DNA of 64,000 nt, taken from positions 4,540 through 68,539 of the forward strand of contig NMRA01000512.1 in the NCBI GenBank assembly GCA_002633005.1. The letters are read 5' to 3'. Position 1 is the stretch's first letter. Each line of letters begins with the position of its first letter. Under the pieces are notes generated by a model. The model made no database searches. It saw nothing but the letters and a program-made list of their open reading frames with translations, and was not told the DNA's origin. This stretch comes from Phoronis australis. Its lineage: Eukaryota; Animalia; Phoronida. Made by a program: the position numbers and the translations under genes. This document shows positions 61,416 to 64,000 of the stretch, one piece after another.

Positions 61416-63081
61416 AGGAGAATGCCACCTAAAAAACAACCCATTGTGTATCAATTTAGATTGAGTAGTTCTATTCGACAACGGCACGTTCGGTTGCGTT
61501 ACCTGACGGCAGACGGAGGTGTTGAAATTATCCAATGACGTCATTGGTTTCACGCGGAGTCTGTTCGGCAGTTCACAACACGGGTTACTGGTGTCAGCTT
61601 ATCTCTGGGATTCATCGTTTAACACCAATAAACCGTCAAACTTCGATGTAAAACCCTTAAAAACACACCGAGTTCTTATAAAAACGCGCTGTTTTATTTC
61701 GCTGTTACGTATTTATTGGTATTTGGACACACCGTAGCCTACAAAGTTCGGCAGGCCAATTTACCAAGGTCCGTAGCAGGAGTTTGGGGTCTGTTCGGAG
61801 ATAAATTCGAAGTATTCTTCCGTGAAATACCGACAGGAGAACCTAGATCTCTGTTGTTTAGACTTGTGATTTTTTGAGTTCTGAACTTACAGAATGCTTA
61901 TCTCGGCCAGTGGTTTGGAATACTATCAGGCCCGTCGCGGCGGGACTGACTAGTTATCCCGGCCAGTGAGTGGCTCGGAACCCGATCAGGCCCGTCGCGG
62001 CCGCTGGGACTGGCACGAACATAAACCAACTTGAGTTGGAAACTAAATCTCCAATCACGAAAAGACTACAATAGTGAGTCAAATAAATAATTTGCAAGTA
62101 ATAATATGTGAATTAGCCACGAAACTGAAAAAATCTATTTATTTGTCGGGGGCCGCGAAGTCGGGTTCCCCTTCCACAGACCGTCAGGGGAAGGGTTGTA
62201 CAGTAACAATCATAGGAATAATGTATTTGTATGTTTAAAAAAGATTCCTCTAACATGCGACCATAGCATATAAAATCGAGCAATTGTTTCACAACAGCTT
62301 TCTGTCAGCAAACACTGGATCAGCATGCGCTCACATGGCCTCGGTGCCCGGTCAATTACCTTTATTGCCGACACATTTGAACTCACGAATACTGCAAATG
62401 CATTACAAATTGTATCTAATGAGACAGACTTTGTTTCAGTTTTATATAAGCATTATAGAGGGGTGGGAATAATTCATTTTGAAACAGAACGCGGAGTAAA
62501 CGTCTACATGGCAACTCGCCCGGTGCCAATCCCGACTTAGTCAAGAGCTCATCCGTCGAAGACTTCACGGGTCGGATCGTAAGGTTTCACAGGCTATCAA
62601 ATCGGACCGGAATACATTGATCAAGAAATGCTAGAGAGGCGCTGTGAACATGCACAGGCAACGGAACGTATGGATAGTTCTTTGGTACGCCGGAATTCGT
62701 CAGAGAAATCATTGTCGACGAAAAGCCGGCCACAGACACGGAGATGTTTCACGGCCTCATACTAGCTATTAACAGCGTACCTTTCAATCTTCACTACCGC
62801 GAGCCACTTCCTAAGTATTTCGGGCTCTCGAGGAAGTCGAAAAAACGATATACCCTCTTTCTTCGCAGCTTCATAATTCGGACAAGCGGAAACGATGCAC
62901 CGCAACATAGCGGCATTCCGCTCTGCAGACGAACCACTGACGCCGCTGCGTCGTTTCTTACCTTCCTCACAGGTTAACGCGACACCTCTCGGCAAGGTGA
63001 GGTCGACCGTATAAGAGGTGATGTGGATATAGACCGATTAAGACAGTAACAAATATTAATTAAATCGGGAGGCATTCTCCT
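61416..63081 (-). mobile_element. Kolobok-like TTAA element, third copy, with best-preserved THAP remnant
   Basis: TTAA|AGGAGAATGCC...GGCATTCTCCT|TTAA. Minus strand MLRCIVSACPNYEAAKKEGISFFRLPREPEILRKWL...*...VCGRLF (THAP with stop and lost His). Confidence 0.85.
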
Positions 63082-63829
63082 TTAATATCCATCTTGTCAG
63101 TCAGCTATTTGTTGAATGACTGTGAGCGTGCGCTTTTATCTAAGTGGGGTGACGACACAGCTTTTCCTTCATGCGCATTTTAAAAAATGCGAATTTTCTA
63201 GAAATTCCCCTTACAGGGGAAAGGGAATAGCTCTGTAGTACATGTAGATGTTACGAGATGGTGCATTCATGAGGAATTGTTTAGAAGATATTTTTGACGA
63301 CCTTTCGCGTTCCATGCCTCTTTAAGGACACGTGAATTTTTTCACAGCACTTTGTACGTTCTCTATGAAAAATGGTTGTCCAACAAGATCAAATCTTAAA
63401 CATGACTACAGTTTTACTTGATGACAAACGTCCACCGTCAGGATGAATTATTGAACCAGCAAAAGCAAGTGAGAAATGAAGGGGACGCTTATGCTCCTGG
63501 CACAAATACTTCATAGATTTTATGGAAGTGACCTGGTGTTGCACCCTGAGCAAAGTTCTAACCCTACGCCTTGAGTTTGTAGTCAGTGAAAAGCAAAACG
63601 CCAAAAATAATTTCGAGCTCGATTTCGGATTTAATAGTTTATGGAATGCCCAACCCGGCTGAAATTGCGGACCTTAGGTGATATCGTGTTTCTCAACCGG
63701 CAACTACGAATGCTTTTTAGTGGTAGGGATTAAGCGCTTATGAGTTCCACCGCGCCGGTACTATTATGAACGGNTCTACCTTCCTTCTCCCTAGTGCGCG
63801 CATGTCATTGACCACGACATACATCACAG

Positions 63830-63990
63830 CGTAACTTTTCCAGACGGTGAGGGGTGCTGAACGTGCAATAACATCTGGCTCTTTTGTTAATTGCCCAGCT
63901 CAGTCTTTTGTCCCGTATGATGATAATAAGCAGGCCAATTATCTCCCAGGCTTCAATGGAACGTATGGTGGTCGCACGCTATTCCCCGAC
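63830..63990 (-). repeat. Dispersed repeat, inverted copy of 21520-21675
   Basis: GGGAGATAATTGGCCTGC...ACGGGACAAAAGACTGAGCTGGGC is shared in reverse complement. Confidence 0.85.
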
Positions 63991-64000
63991 GCGTACTGAA

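Overview
AT-rich eukaryotic genomic DNA, most likely from an invertebrate animal (inferred from GT-AG introns, THAP transposons, a Penelope element and sushi/C-type-lectin-like domains). The species cannot be named from sequence alone. The scaffold has one N-run (3187-3602) and many single-n joins. Several blocks appear twice as slightly diverged copies, probably two haplotypes scaffolded in tandem: ~1843-11849 vs 29687-48909, and 56403-58410 vs 58641-60686. Most long ORFs in the track are spurious. Reading splice sites by hand gives a + strand cluster of four small extracellular-protein genes. (1) A 4-exon, ~96-aa secreted prepropeptide: signal peptide, RNKR furin site, C-x3-C-x6-C-x2-C core and GKR amidation site. 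Its two copies differ only by amino-acid-changing substitutions in the Cys exon. (2) A 118-aa secreted minimal C-type-lectin-like protein. (3,4) Two paralogous type-I membrane proteins, each with two sushi/CCP domains encoded in a single coding exon; one carries a PxIxIT calcineurin-docking-like motif. In the first copy of the locus, a 7.1-kb deletion joins the lectin promoter and exon 1 to the sushi gene, and that sushi copy has also lost 69 bp in frame. The rest is densely packed with decayed or non-autonomous transposons: ISL2EU-like THAP elements, Kolobok-like TTAA elements, a Harbinger-like MITE, a Penelope fragment with a hammerhead motif, a Helentron-like repeat with CTCF-like motifs, and small MITEs. 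All gene models are manual and need RNA evidence.
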